Shown: positions 1 to 9,896, numbered from the stretch's first letter. The stretch is DNA of 64,000 nt from Candidatus Gastranaerophilales bacterium (GCA_947624685.1 CANQLJ010000003.1:13067-77066); one strand, 5' to 3'. Notes: generated by a model not told the origin, from the sequence alone. A program made the numbers and translations.

Positions 1-702
1 GTCAGAGCATATTGCGGCTTTGATATTTTTTACCTGGCAATTATAAAAAGCAAGTTTTTCTGCTTTTTTGAGACTTGGGAGGTGTTTTAGGGTTGAATTT
101 GCGACAAATAATTTTGTCACTTCTTCCAAGCTTTCTAATGATGATATTTCGATTTTTTCTTCTTCGTTTGTTGAACAGATAAAGACATCTTGAGCGGATG
201 TCAGCTCCTTTAATTCCTTTAAGGGGCAATCAATAATGCATAATTTTGAAACATTTTCCAATGATGAAAGGTCTTTCAATGCTGAACTTTGCGCAATTAA
301 AACCCCTGCTTCTTTTAATTTAGGTAATGCGTTTATGGGACTATTTTCCATAACGATTGACCCTGCGGCTTTTAATTTAGGAAGTTTTTTTAATTTTGAA
401 TTTGTTATTAATCTGCCAACCGCTTTTAAATTTGGCATTTGAGTAATTTCACATTTTTCATCAAGCTGAATTTCTTGCGCTACTTCGAGCGGAAATGTTG
501 TCAGAGCGGAATTTGTCGTTTCAAAAATACCGCTTGTTGCTACAACATTCTTGATTAATTCGTCTTCATCTATTGAAAGCTCTTTAAATGTCGTACCTTT
601 TGGCTGGCTGTAGTTTGAAATAATAATTAAATTATCTTTATTCAGGCTTGTTTTAATCCCGTATTTTTCAAAAATTTCTCTGGCTTGGTTAATGTCATAC
701 AT
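1..702 (-). CDS. Leucine-rich-repeat-like protein, N-terminal 234 codons (3' end lies beyond the left window edge)
   Basis: Hand check of the minus frame from ATG at 702 to position 1 found no stop codon. It is missing from the ORF track because it is edge-truncated. The translation has repeated ~22-aa units of the type LPKLKxAG / LKxLxxL. Confidence 0.5.
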   Translation of the reverse strand, partial: MYDINQAREIFEKYGIKTSLNKDNLIIISNYSQPKGTTFKELSIDEDELIKNVVATSGIFETTNSALTTFPLEVAQEIQLDEKCEITQMPNLKAVGRLITNSKLKKLPKLKAAGSIVMENSPINALPKLKEAGVLIAQSSALKDLSSLENVSKLCIIDCPLKELKELTSAQDVFICSTNEEEKIEISSLESLEEVTKLFVANSTLKHLPSLKKAEKLAFYNCQVKNIKAAICSD

Positions 703-768
703 TTTTTAATATCTCCACTTAAATCCTTCAACTATCAATACTTGTTTTTTATTCCCAAAAAATAGAAT

Positions 769-3009
769 TTATATCATTGAGATTTTATCTTCTTCATAAT
801 TGTAACCTATTTTTTTACAATTGTTTATCCCATAAATGAATGTATTTATTGGAATTTCATCAAATTTTATGTTAATTTCTTCTTTATATTCGCCCCCAAG
901 CGCCAGATAATTTTCAAATAAATTATCGACATTTAAAAAAGCATCCTTTTTATTGCCAAAAGAAACCATAAATTCTGCTTTGAATTTTTCTATGCATTGC
1001 CCTTCGGGAGTTAATATATTTGGCCCTGCGGGAATTGAGCGAGCGGGATTTTTGGGGTTTGATATTGTGTTAAATGCTCTTAAAAGCGCAATTCTAAGAT
1101 TATTTTTATATATTTCATATTCATTTAACCCTTTTGTATAGGCAATAACTCCGTTTGCAATTACAAAATTCTGCATAGGATAAGAATTTGTCTTGAGTTC
1201 TTTTGGGCGCTTAACAGGCATATAATCCTGCATTTTATAGTTCGGGTCGATTGTTCTTTCAATCAGTCCAACGGCCTCTTGGCTTATGGTTTTTTTGATA
1301 TCCTGATTCAATTGAAGTTCAAAAACGAGCTTATGGTTTTTCTTTTTGTTGTTTATAATGGCGCTAAATTTAATAAATTTTGAACTATTATTCAATTTTG
1401 CGACAAGTTCGATGTTTTTAAAAAATATCGATAGTGATGATTCAATTAGCCCATCGTAATTTATTTTTGTTTTAATAATTGATAATTTTTTATATTCGCC
1501 CTTGGGAGCGAAATTATAGCTATCTCCAGCATCAGCAATATCGAGAAGAGATAGTTTTATGGGTTTATTATCTTTTTCTTTATTTTCTATATATATTTCA
1601 CCATTTTTTATAAAAAGAGAAATAAAATCATTTTCAATACTTGTTTTAGTAATAAGCGTTTTTTTAATCGGTTTTTTAATTTTAACGGTTGAAAAAGAGA
1701 ACTTATCAGGTTTTGTAATTTCAATTAATTGTTTATAATGAGTCTTAATTTCCTGTGTTATCGGGATATGATAAATATCATAAAAAATATCGTCCTCAAA
1801 ACGATTTTCTTTTGATAAAACTTGTGAATTTTTTAAAATATAAGGTAAATCGACCGTAATTGTATTAATGGGGCTGTTTGAAAGGTTAAAAACTCCGATT
1901 TTATCTTTAGAAATTCCTTTTATATCATATTTTTTCTTAAAATCGCCTTTGATTTTTTTAATCAATGAATCAGAATAATTTTGGCATTTTTCGATTCGAT
2001 AATCAATCGCCCTATGAACGCTATCAATTGAACAGCCGTAGATACCGTCATGGGCATGGTTTTTTAGGAGGGTTTTATAAATTTCTTCAATTTGGTTTTG
2101 AAAACCTTTTTTTAGATAAAAATTCAGCGGTTCAAGTATTCTTGAAATTTTATTTTGTATTTCGTTATTTTTTATTTTTTGAGGAATCCTTGCGCTATAG
2201 ACCCCGGGGAGAATATAAGTGTCGGAGTTATCCAAAAATTCTTTTTCAAAGATAACATTATCAAATTTTGCTTTTTTAAAATATTCAAAAGGGCTTGTAA
2301 GGATTATTTCATAGTCATCTAAATTTTTATTTACAAATTCTATTTTTTTATTTGCGTCTTTTAACATCCCTAAATGATCCGCTCCGATAGGTAAAAGCAA
2401 AATGTCATTTGAATATTTTTTAATATCATCAAGATATTTTTTAATCCCTAAAATATTAATTTCCTTTTGGTGAAAAAAGTCATTAAAATACCCCTTAACA
2501 AGCCAAGCTGTTTTAATATCATCTTTTAAAAAATTACAATTATTGTTTATTTTTTTTGGGTTCACTCCCCGCCAGATGATTGATTTATCGATGTTTTTTA
2601 GTTTTAGTGCGTCAAATACGCTTTTACTTATCCCAAAGATGTCTGATAGGTAGCCAATAAATTCTTTTTGATTAAATTCTTTTGAAAAATTAAGCCCAAT
2701 ATCAATATTTTTTAGCATCGAACAAAAGTTAATTAAGTAACTATCCGCACTTACAAAATATGGGCCTAAGGCAAGTTTATTTTCATTGACAAGATTCTTT
2801 ATTATCTCTTTTTTATCGGGGTATAATTTTAAATAATCGTTTAATGCTCCGATTTGCCCATCCATATAAAAAAACGGGGCGCGATTGTGAATTAATTCAT
2901 CCAGAACAATATTAAAAACATCGATAAAACGAACATTAAAATCTTCGTTATTCCGATACCATTCAATATCCCAGTGGGTATGTAAATATGCATAAACTTT
3001 CTTTTTCAT
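769..3009 (-). CDS. Glycoside hydrolase family 38 (alpha-mannosidase / mannosylglycerate hydrolase-like)
   Basis: 746 aa. N-terminus YAYLHTHWDIEWY matches the GH38 metal-binding HxHxDxEW signature, and length and layout fit bacterial GH38 enzymes. Confidence 0.65.
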   Translation of the reverse strand: MKKKVYAYLHTHWDIEWYRNNEDFNVRFIDVFNIVLDELIHNRAPFFYMDGQIGALNDYLKLYPDKKEIIKNLVNENKLALGPYFVSADSYLINFCSMLKNIDIGLNFSKEFNQKEFIGYLSDIFGISKSVFDALKLKNIDKSIIWRGVNPKKINNNCNFLKDDIKTAWLVKGYFNDFFHQKEINILGIKKYLDDIKKYSNDILLLPIGADHLGMLKDANKKIEFVNKNLDDYEIILTSPFEYFKKAKFDNVIFEKEFLDNSDTYILPGVYSARIPQKIKNNEIQNKISRILEPLNFYLKKGFQNQIEEIYKTLLKNHAHDGIYGCSIDSVHRAIDYRIEKCQNYSDSLIKKIKGDFKKKYDIKGISKDKIGVFNLSNSPINTITVDLPYILKNSQVLSKENRFEDDIFYDIYHIPITQEIKTHYKQLIEITKPDKFSFSTVKIKKPIKKTLITKTSIENDFISLFIKNGEIYIENKEKDNKPIKLSLLDIADAGDSYNFAPKGEYKKLSIIKTKINYDGLIESSLSIFFKNIELVAKLNNSSKFIKFSAIINNKKKNHKLVFELQLNQDIKKTISQEAVGLIERTIDPNYKMQDYMPVKRPKELKTNSYPMQNFVIANGVIAYTKGLNEYEIYKNNLRIALLRAFNTISNPKNPARSIPAGPNILTPEGQCIEKFKAEFMVSFGNKKDAFLNVDNLFENYLALGGEYKEEINIKFDEIPINTFIYGINNCKKIGYNYEEDKISMI

Positions 3010-3164
3010 ATAAAAATATTTTATATTTTATCTTTAAAACAAAAAATACTTTATTTAATTGAATAAAATCGCCTCGTTAATTTTTTAGTCAAATTGGATG
3101 AGTTTTAATTTTTTAATTCGTGTATCATAAGATTGTTCCCCATATTAAATATTTAGAGTTAGCT

Positions 3165-3428
3165 ATGAAAAGAAACGACACACAAAAATCATTAGAAAAA
3201 GAAATTTTGAACTGCAAAAAAAGACTTAAAGAACTTGCGGATCAAATAGAAGAAAACGAAGAAAAATCCCGCGAGTACAACAAAATTATTGTCCAAAAGG
3301 CAATATTAATAGACAGATACAAAAAATTATGCTATAGACCTTCCATTAAACAAAGAATTAAAGAAGTCATAAGAAAAAACTTTTCAAAAAACAAAGAAAA
3401 GCTCATCTGCGACTATTTCTTGACATAG
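3165..3428 (+). CDS. Small charged coiled-coil protein, hypothetical
   Basis: ORF 3120..3428. The internal ATG at 3165 (MKRNDTQ...) is the more plausible start. K/E-rich, no recognised motif. Confidence 0.3.
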   Translation: MKRNDTQKSLEKEILNCKKRLKELADQIEENEEKSREYNKIIVQKAILIDRYKKLCYRPSIKQRIKEVIRKNFSKNKEKLICDYFLT

Positions 3429-3430
3429 AA

Positions 3431-5164
3431 TTATTCATGGAAATTTGGGCCGTGAGAATCCAATCCCCCTGTTTTTAAAGAAGTGTGGGAGGATGTTTTT
3501 TCAAATATTTTTGAAACAATTCCTGTTTTTTCGTCGTTATAATAGGATTGATAATGTTCTTCAATGAATATCGGGCGAGAATCCATTTTGTGTTTTGTTT
3601 TGGATACTATTTCATCATAAAATCCGCATAGCGAATTTATGTCTTTAACGGCACAATGCGGGAAAATGACCCCGGGATGAGCAAAGCCGATTATTCCGTA
3701 TTGCGTTTGCTTCGTTTTTGAAATTAAATCATCAAGTGTTAAATATTCTATCTTTTTAATATGTGAAGATGAGTTTTCGTCTAATATTTTATTTTCAACA
3801 TCTTGTAAAAGATTTTTTAAGCTGTCATTTAGCTTTGGCATAAGTTTATCTAAAGAATCTTTTGTGTAGTTTGGTTTTTTTGTTTTAATCAGTTCCAAAA
3901 TATTATTTTTCAGCGCTTCAATATAATAGTCATAATATTTTTCATTAGATTTCATTTGGATGTTTTTTGGGATTGAATGAATGGGGGTGAAATAGTTTAA
4001 TTTTGATAAATCTATATGCATTTTTTTAAGTTCATCCAGAAGTGCCGAGTTTTTTTCAACTAAATAAGAATAGATAAATTTGAATTGGAGATAGTCTTTT
4101 GTATAGTAATCTGCGTTAAAAAGCATATTTTCAATTTTTGGAATAAAAAGACTCATATCATTAAAACTTAATTTGACATTATATTTTTTTATTTCTTTAT
4201 CATAAATTGAGCTGATATTTTGGATTGCTTTTTTAACTTCATTTTGATTATTTTGGATTCTTTTTTCAAACATTTGATAAAAATTTTTTTCAAAAGGATT
4301 TATGCCGTAATTTAAAATATGTATATGGGCTTTTTGGCTAAAATATCTTGAATCTTCAACAACTGCGCTATGTTCAACCCCTGTTATAAAACGGACATTT
4401 TGATATTTTTTAGGGTTTTTAACAAGTTCTTTTAATATTTCGATGTTTCCTGCTATTCCGTCATGATCGGTTAAGGAGAAATAGAAAGGCTGCTTTGTTT
4501 TTTCAAATCTTTTGTCAGCATAAGATGAAATATCATCTAAAAGGGTTTTAATATCCATTTGACCGTCAGAGTAGCGGCTGTGGATATGAAAATTTGCCCC
4601 GAAACCAAATTTTTCATAATTTTGCTGTTCAAAACCGATTATTTTACCTGTTGTATCATAAATGGCTTTTCCGGGGTTATATATTTCAGGGTCGGATGAT
4701 AATTTATTTATTACATCAATAAATTCATCCTGTCCCATAACGCTTGCTAATTTATAGTCACAAGAGCTTTTGATTTTGAGACTTTTTAAAAGTTCGAGTC
4801 TGTATTTTGCGTCGTTTGGATATTGGATATTTTTTTCTTTAATGAGTTTTCTTAAATTTGAACACCCGATAAATTGAATAACGTCTTTGCCTTTTTTGGT
4901 TAAGGCAAACGCTGCGGCAATCGTGGCCAAACTTGCCCCTATGATTGCGGTTGTCTTTTTAATATTGTTGTTTGGGGCTTGTTTGGGGCTTATTTTTTTG
5001 ATATTGTTATTTTCTTTTTTTTCAAATATGTCATAATTTAGAGATATTGGCGTAAAATCAGTTTTAAAGGTGCTTGGAAAAACGGTATTAAAAACATCAT
5101 CCAAAGGTTTTTTGGGTGGTAAAATTAATTTTGTTTCTTTAGGTATTGGTGTTGTTATTTCCAT
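3431..5164 (-). CDS. Membrane-anchored PHP-domain metal-dependent phosphoesterase (TrpH/YciV-like core with large insertion)
   Basis: PHP motifs HIHSRYSDG, LTDHDGIAGN, AHIHILNYG, GFAHPG and C-terminal GLDSHG. One predicted TM helix (AIIGASLATIAAAFAL) follows a low-complexity N-terminus. Confidence 0.6.
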   Translation of the reverse strand: MEITTPIPKETKLILPPKKPLDDVFNTVFPSTFKTDFTPISLNYDIFEKKENNNIKKISPKQAPNNNIKKTTAIIGASLATIAAAFALTKKGKDVIQFIGCSNLRKLIKEKNIQYPNDAKYRLELLKSLKIKSSCDYKLASVMGQDEFIDVINKLSSDPEIYNPGKAIYDTTGKIIGFEQQNYEKFGFGANFHIHSRYSDGQMDIKTLLDDISSYADKRFEKTKQPFYFSLTDHDGIAGNIEILKELVKNPKKYQNVRFITGVEHSAVVEDSRYFSQKAHIHILNYGINPFEKNFYQMFEKRIQNNQNEVKKAIQNISSIYDKEIKKYNVKLSFNDMSLFIPKIENMLFNADYYTKDYLQFKFIYSYLVEKNSALLDELKKMHIDLSKLNYFTPIHSIPKNIQMKSNEKYYDYYIEALKNNILELIKTKKPNYTKDSLDKLMPKLNDSLKNLLQDVENKILDENSSSHIKKIEYLTLDDLISKTKQTQYGIIGFAHPGVIFPHCAVKDINSLCGFYDEIVSKTKHKMDSRPIFIEEHYQSYYNDEKTGIVSKIFEKTSSHTSLKTGGLDSHGPNFHE

Positions 5165-5193
5165 TTACGCCTCTTTTAACATTATTTGAACTA

Positions 5194-6594
5194 TTAGTTT
5201 AAGTCAACCGCTTTCATAAGTTCATTGAATTTTTCATCAACATTGCTTGTGAATAAATCAGTATGTTTGCTGTTTCTTTCGCCTATCATAGCGCAGCTTC
5301 CGTATATTAAGTCTTTTATTATTTCCATCTGTTCGTCGGTAGTATATGCATCAAAGTTATTTAGAACCTCAAGTCTTGCTTTATGTTTGGGTTTTATGTG
5401 AAAACTGTCTTTTAGTGCTCGAATTTGAGAAGTGTTTATGCATTTTTTAAAACGCAGAGTCGATGATACATAATAATCCGGGCTGTTGCCGTGGGGTGGA
5501 GTGTAGATGGTTTTTCCGTATAACATCGCTTCTAAGACGAATGCAAAATTATAAAAATCTTCCCTATAGAATTTTCCGTCGGTCGGAACATCATTTGCCC
5601 ATTTGCCTCTTTTTGGAAGATGCTTTAACAGGTCAACTAAAAAGGCATTTGCAATTCTATAGTCCTCGTGATATTCTTTCGTCAAATCCAAATATTTATG
5701 ATATTTATTATCTTCAATAGGCCCGATGAGGCTGTCTTCGAGGGTTGAATTATAGCGCAAGCGCAGGTTTTCATCCGATGTATGTCCGCTTTTTCCGATC
5801 TTTAGCATCTGACAGCTCATTATATCCATATAATGAGATAAGCTTTCGGCTTGCTCCCACGTAATTACTTTCGGAAATGATTGAAGGTCGTGGTTATAGC
5901 TCAATATTCTTTGATCGGTGTTATTCCAAAGCTTTCCTTTAAAATCACTTACAATTTGAGCGTCTCTATATAAATTGTCGCTTCCTCTTAAAAGTACATA
6001 CGCTTTATCTATGTCGCTCCCGGGCAGAGCTACATTATGCGCAACCGAACAGACCCCATCGTAGCCAATATCTAAAATTTTATATTGTTCGCTTCTTTGA
6101 GGGTTAGCATCTTGCAATTGCTTCACGCTTTTAATTGAAGATCTTATAAATTCGTCTTCTATGCCTTTGCAGACTTTTGTTAAATCGGGAAAACCCGTTA
6201 CAAAACAATAATATTTTATAAATTTCTTTTTTTCTTCTTCTGATTTTATGTTATCAAGAAATTTAAGATTATTTTTCTTTACTAGTACATAAGCGGGGTT
6301 TTTTGTGTCTCCGCCATGGTCGAGGTAATTTCCCAAACGCAATTTGTCATATAATTCAATTGCTTTTTGAGCGCTGATTTCCTCCTCGTCTTTTGGCACT
6401 CCGTCAAGAAAATAAGGTGCGCCTCTAAATGAAATTTGACTATTAAAATTTTTTCCTAAAGAAATAAAACAATCATTTTTCGAAGCTTTTAATGGTGAAA
6501 TTGAAGATGAAGGCGAAAGGGAGGAGACAACACCATTTTGTTTAAAAATTTTTTTTGATGGCAGATACCTAAAAATATTTACGCTATTAATCAT
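5194..6594 (-). CDS. Hypothetical protein with possible Pol-beta-type nucleotidyltransferase motif
   Basis: 466 aa. The segment GYDGVCSVAHNVALPGSDIDKAYVLL resembles the G[SG]-x(10-14)-DxD nucleotidyltransferase signature. The rest is unrecognised and the N-terminus is S/N-rich. Confidence 0.35.
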   Translation of the reverse strand: MINSVNIFRYLPSKKIFKQNGVVSSLSPSSSISPLKASKNDCFISLGKNFNSQISFRGAPYFLDGVPKDEEEISAQKAIELYDKLRLGNYLDHGGDTKNPAYVLVKKNNLKFLDNIKSEEEKKKFIKYYCFVTGFPDLTKVCKGIEDEFIRSSIKSVKQLQDANPQRSEQYKILDIGYDGVCSVAHNVALPGSDIDKAYVLLRGSDNLYRDAQIVSDFKGKLWNNTDQRILSYNHDLQSFPKVITWEQAESLSHYMDIMSCQMLKIGKSGHTSDENLRLRYNSTLEDSLIGPIEDNKYHKYLDLTKEYHEDYRIANAFLVDLLKHLPKRGKWANDVPTDGKFYREDFYNFAFVLEAMLYGKTIYTPPHGNSPDYYVSSTLRFKKCINTSQIRALKDSFHIKPKHKARLEVLNNFDAYTTDEQMEIIKDLIYGSCAMIGERNSKHTDLFTSNVDEKFNELMKAVDLN

Positions 6595-6661
6595 TACAAC
6601 AAATAATTCCTATACAACACAACCCCATTATATTATTTCTTGTAAAAAATGTAAACTATTG

Positions 6662-6991
6662 TTAAATTTTATTAAGACCGTAAGCAAATATTGATAATAG
6701 CATTGAACCTATTAAAGCGCTCATAAAACCCGATACCTCAAAGCCGGGAGCGATTTTTCCCGCCAAAAGAAATAAAAGCGCATTTAAAACAAAGCTGAAT
6801 AATCCGAAGCTTATAAGATTAATGGGCAAAGTGATGACTTGTAAAAAAGGTTTTATAAATACATTAATAAGCCCGATTATTACGCAAACCAACATCGCAC
6901 TTGGGAAATTTTCAACTTTTATACCCGGAATAATCCACGCAATAAGCGTTATAATAAGAGCATAAGCAATCCAAAGAAACATTAATCTCAT
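6662..6991 (-). CDS. DUF360 / phage-holin-family-IV-like small membrane protein (YvlD-like)
   Basis: 109 aa with 3-4 TM helices. Pattern ...PGIKVENFPSAML...LINVFIKPFLQVITLPINLISFGLF..LNALLFLLAGKIAPGFEVSGF... matches the conserved YvlD/DUF360 layout. Confidence 0.65.
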   Translation of the reverse strand: MRLMFLWIAYALIITLIAWIIPGIKVENFPSAMLVCVIIGLINVFIKPFLQVITLPINLISFGLFSFVLNALLFLLAGKIAPGFEVSGFMSALIGSMLLSIFAYGLNKI

Positions 6992-7106
6992 TTATTTTTT
7001 ACCTTTTTAATTGTTTTTACAAAAATAATATTGTTTAAATAATCCAAAAAGCCATTAGCCGAAAGGGCTAGTTGTATGAGATATATTTTTTTGGTAGATT
7101 TAAGAT

Positions 7107-7484
7107 ATGAATGAAGATGATAAAAAATTGCCGCCCGGAAGAAAAAGAACAATCTTTTCAAAAGAATTGAAAAGAAAAATATTGGTTGAAATAATTTGCG
7201 GAAAAAAGCCGAAAGATGCTTTTTTTGATAATGTTAAAGGCTATGATGAATCATTGAAAAAAGATGACAAATATATTTCAAGATTGATTAACGGTTGGAA
7301 AAATGAAGTGTATAATAACAGAGACCTTTTGAGAATGAATTTTTATAATGTTACTAATGAAATGCTTCAAGACGAGATAAATAATATGGGATATGAAGAA
7401 GAACTTGATAACATTCACAAAAGGCTGCTCGATAAATATGAAACGAGGCTTATAAGAGATGCATTAAGCGACTTTGAGGCTTAG
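7107..7484 (+). CDS. Hypothetical protein (N-terminus weakly like IS3-OrfA-type HTH)
   Basis: 125 aa. GRKRTIFSKELKRKILVEIICGKKPKDAF resembles the transposase-8-type HTH start. No transposase catalytic gene is adjacent. Confidence 0.3.
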   Translation: MNEDDKKLPPGRKRTIFSKELKRKILVEIICGKKPKDAFFDNVKGYDESLKKDDKYISRLINGWKNEVYNNRDLLRMNFYNVTNEMLQDEINNMGYEEELDNIHKRLLDKYETRLIRDALSDFEA

Positions 7485-7607
7485 GATAAAATCGATAATC
7501 TATATTAAATTATTTTAAGAATTAAAAAATAGGTTTGACAAAAAAATGTTTTTTTGGTTTTATAGAGGTACGAGTTCGTATCAGACGAAATTAGAAGGAG
7601 TTGCTAA

Positions 7608-8210
7608 ATGCAAGATAATGAATTACCAAAGAATATGGGTAAAAAAATAGTAGATGCACTTAAGCAACAAGACTTTAATGAAACAACTCAGTCGAACGAT
7701 GATAACCAAATAGATGATTTCTCGCATGATGATGACGATATTTCATTAGAAGAATTAAGTGATTCTACAAGCGGTGAAGCATTTGACTTTGGCGCAAGTG
7801 CAAAAGAATATCAACCGGTATTTTCCGTTAATGAAGATGCGCCTTCAAAAAGCCCGGATTTGAAATTGTCAATCGAAAATGAAGAAGATGTTGAAGAATT
7901 TGAAATGCCAAATAATATCAATGTCTTGAAGAGGTTGATTGCTCAATTGCCGACCGGAGTCCCAAGACAAACCGGCGCTCAAATAATTCGTCAAACCATT
8001 GAAGCATTGGGCATTCCGATGAAAACGGTTTTACAAGATGCTCAAAGAGTTCGCGATTGCTTGAATAGTTCTATTAAGGATTGTAATTATACAATTCAGG
8101 AATATAAAAGCAATATCAGAACCCTGGAAAAACAAGCGGGAAGTTATCAAAAGCAATTGAATAAATTAAACGATATTATAAGTTTGTTTGTTTTCAGCGA
8201 CAGAAAATAA
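7608..8210 (+). CDS. Hypothetical acidic protein with C-terminal coiled coil
   Basis: 200 aa with GGAG-type RBS (gaaggagttgctaaATG). D/E-rich N-terminal half and a heptad-like C-terminus. Confidence 0.35.
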   Translation: MQDNELPKNMGKKIVDALKQQDFNETTQSNDDNQIDDFSHDDDDISLEELSDSTSGEAFDFGASAKEYQPVFSVNEDAPSKSPDLKLSIENEEDVEEFEMPNNINVLKRLIAQLPTGVPRQTGAQIIRQTIEALGIPMKTVLQDAQRVRDCLNSSIKDCNYTIQEYKSNIRTLEKQAGSYQKQLNKLNDIISLFVFSDRK

Positions 8211-8230
8211 TTTCGTAGCCAAATATATAT

Positions 8231-8303
8231 GCCCCCATCGTCTAGAGGCCTAGGACAACACCCTTTCACGGTGTAGACAGCGATTCGAATTCGCTTGGGG
8301 GTA
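8231..8303 (+). tRNA. tRNA-Glu (anticodon UUC)
   Basis: Cloverleaf read by hand. Acceptor gccccca/tgggggt (G1-U72), D-arm tctagaggcctagga, anticodon stem acacc/ggtgt with loop cTTTCAc, T-arm agcga-ttcgaat-tcgct, discriminator A. Close to the canonical bacterial tRNA-Glu sequence. Confidence 0.9.
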
Positions 8304-8304
8304 A
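8263..8304 (+). repeat. attL: 42-bp direct repeat (3' part of the tRNA-Glu gene)
   Basis: ctttcacggtgtagacagcgattcgaattcgcttgggggtaa is identical to 15056..15097. Confidence 0.8.
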
Positions 8305-8324
8305 ATTTATAAGAATTAAGATAT

Positions 8325-8352
8325 AACTGGTTTTAAGACCAGTTTATTTTTT
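8325..8352 (+). terminator. Intrinsic terminator-like hairpin after tRNA-Glu
   Basis: aactggt-tttaag-accagtt followed by tatttttta. Confidence 0.5.
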
Positions 8353-8416
8353 ATTTAATCTAACAAATAACGAGCAAAAATTATCGAATTGTTACGGGAG
8401 TTGTTACGAAAGCAAA

Positions 8417-9544
8417 TTAAGAGATTTTTCCAAATAATTTTTTATCCATTCGATTGTTCATTTCACGTGGCACTTCTTTTAATATTTGGGAATAAACGTC
8501 AGAAGTAGTGGAAGTTCTTGAGTGTCCTACTTCTTTTGCAATTTGTTCGGTTGGAGTGCCGACTGAGTGTTGCATATCGACATATTGTCCCCTTAAATCA
8601 TGCACCCTGATATAATTCTCTGGATAGCCATTTAACAATAGTAATTTGTTAAATCGTCTTGATACCCACTTAGGCGATACGGGTTTGCCCTTAGAATCTT
8701 TAAATAGCAGACCTTCGGTAATATTAAACCGTGATATATGCCAATTCAATATTTCTAGTGTCATATCTGAGGGGTGTATTACTCTTGTTGAACCAACAGT
8801 TTTTGTGCGGTTTTTTAACTCTCCCTTTGTATACTGCTTATTTACATATATTAGTTTATTACGAAAGTCAATATCGTCTAATGTTAGGGCACTGTACTCT
8901 CCCACTCTCATTCCAGTTAGACAAGACAGAGTAAAAATACAATAGTAATCAGGGAGTACCTTTTTACAACTATTAAGCAATTCTCCAAGTTCCTCGACTG
9001 AAAACCTACGTCTTATTTTTTTAGGTAAGGTTTCGTTTCTAAGCTCTGAAAACGGATTTGAATTTAATACCTTCTCCCTAACAGCGTGATTATAAGCTGA
9101 TTTTAATAATTTGATACAGTCGTTGATTCTGAATGGACTTAGATTTTTTTCAATTAGATTTTTCCGCCATAATCGAATCAGTGCTGGAGAAATTTTTTTA
9201 ACAAGCACGGTGTCAAATATGCCAATATGGTATTTATGAATGCATTTATAGTTTTCGATAGTACCCTTAGCGTATCGCCCTTCTTTTTCAGCATAGTCAA
9301 TGTAAAAAAGGATTATATCTTTTCCAGTTGCATTACTATTTAACTCAACTCTACCATTCTCAAGATTATTGAAAAAATCTCTTTCGGCTTTTTTGCCTTC
9401 CTTTTCAGTCGAATAACAGCCAATGTAGTGATGTTTATATATTTGCTTTCCGTTAATGTCAAATTCTTGCGTGGGAATGTATGCGACAACCTTCCAGCTA
9501 ATTTTTGTTTTATTCTTATTGGTGTAAATTTTTGATACTGCCAT
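8417..9544 (-). CDS. int: Tyrosine recombinase / phage-type integrase with N-terminal arm-binding-like domain
   Basis: 375 aa. Catalytic signature TGMRVGE (Arg), HDLRGQ (HxxR) and GHSRTSTTSDVYSQ (His...Tyr). Located adjacent to the tRNA att site. Confidence 0.9.
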   Translation of the reverse strand: MAVSKIYTNKNKTKISWKVVAYIPTQEFDINGKQIYKHHYIGCYSTEKEGKKAERDFFNNLENGRVELNSNATGKDIILFYIDYAEKEGRYAKGTIENYKCIHKYHIGIFDTVLVKKISPALIRLWRKNLIEKNLSPFRINDCIKLLKSAYNHAVREKVLNSNPFSELRNETLPKKIRRRFSVEELGELLNSCKKVLPDYYCIFTLSCLTGMRVGEYSALTLDDIDFRNKLIYVNKQYTKGELKNRTKTVGSTRVIHPSDMTLEILNWHISRFNITEGLLFKDSKGKPVSPKWVSRRFNKLLLLNGYPENYIRVHDLRGQYVDMQHSVGTPTEQIAKEVGHSRTSTTSDVYSQILKEVPREMNNRMDKKLFGKIS

Positions 9545-9763
9545 TCATTCCCCTTGAGTCCGTGCGACATAGTGTTTTTGTCTAAATGCAACTATTTCCG
9601 AGCGTTTCCAGAGTTTTTTACGACCGTATTCGTAATAACCCAAACTATTATCACTTAGTAAAATTTTCCGAGCGTGAAAGTAGTCAAGCCCTAGAAATTC
9701 CGCTACTTCAATAAGTGTCATAAATTCATTTTCTTTACCGTCTAATGATACAGTGTTAAACAT
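9545..9763 (-). CDS. xis: Excisionase-family HTH protein
   Basis: 72 aa. MTLIEVAEFLGLDYFHARKIL...WKRSEIVAF fits the HTH_17/excisionase pattern. Its stop abuts the integrase start codon. Confidence 0.6.
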   Translation of the reverse strand: MFNTVSLDGKENEFMTLIEVAEFLGLDYFHARKILLSDNSLGYYEYGRKKLWKRSEIVAFRQKHYVARTQGE

Positions 9764-9792
9764 ATATTCCCTTATTCTTTTTATCTAATAAT

Positions 9793-9896
9793 ATTCGATA
9801 AATCCACTATAACTCTTTTAAAACCTACTGTCAACATATATCGAATAATACTCTATAAATCGAGCGTGATATTGTCTGATATTCTTTTTATCGAAT
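9793..9896. promoter_or_regulatory. Operator-like repeats (TTATCGAAT / inverted ATTCGATAA) in the divergent xis-int / repressor control region
   Basis: attcgataa at 9793..9801, tatcgaataa at 9839..9848, ttatcgaat at 9888..9896. A further copy, ttatcgaat, lies at 8381..8389 near attL. Confidence 0.4.

Noticed and set aside
41-442. ORF-track ORFs 41..229 (-) and 236..442 (+).
   Set aside because: Both lie inside a 702-nt minus-strand frame (1..702) that is open to the window edge, starts with a plausible ATG and encodes regular LRR-like repeats. The two short ORFs have low-complexity, implausible translations.
9340-9591. 83-aa minus-strand ORF spanning the xis/int junction.
   Set aside because: It is out of frame with both well-supported genes and has no motif. 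Spurious.
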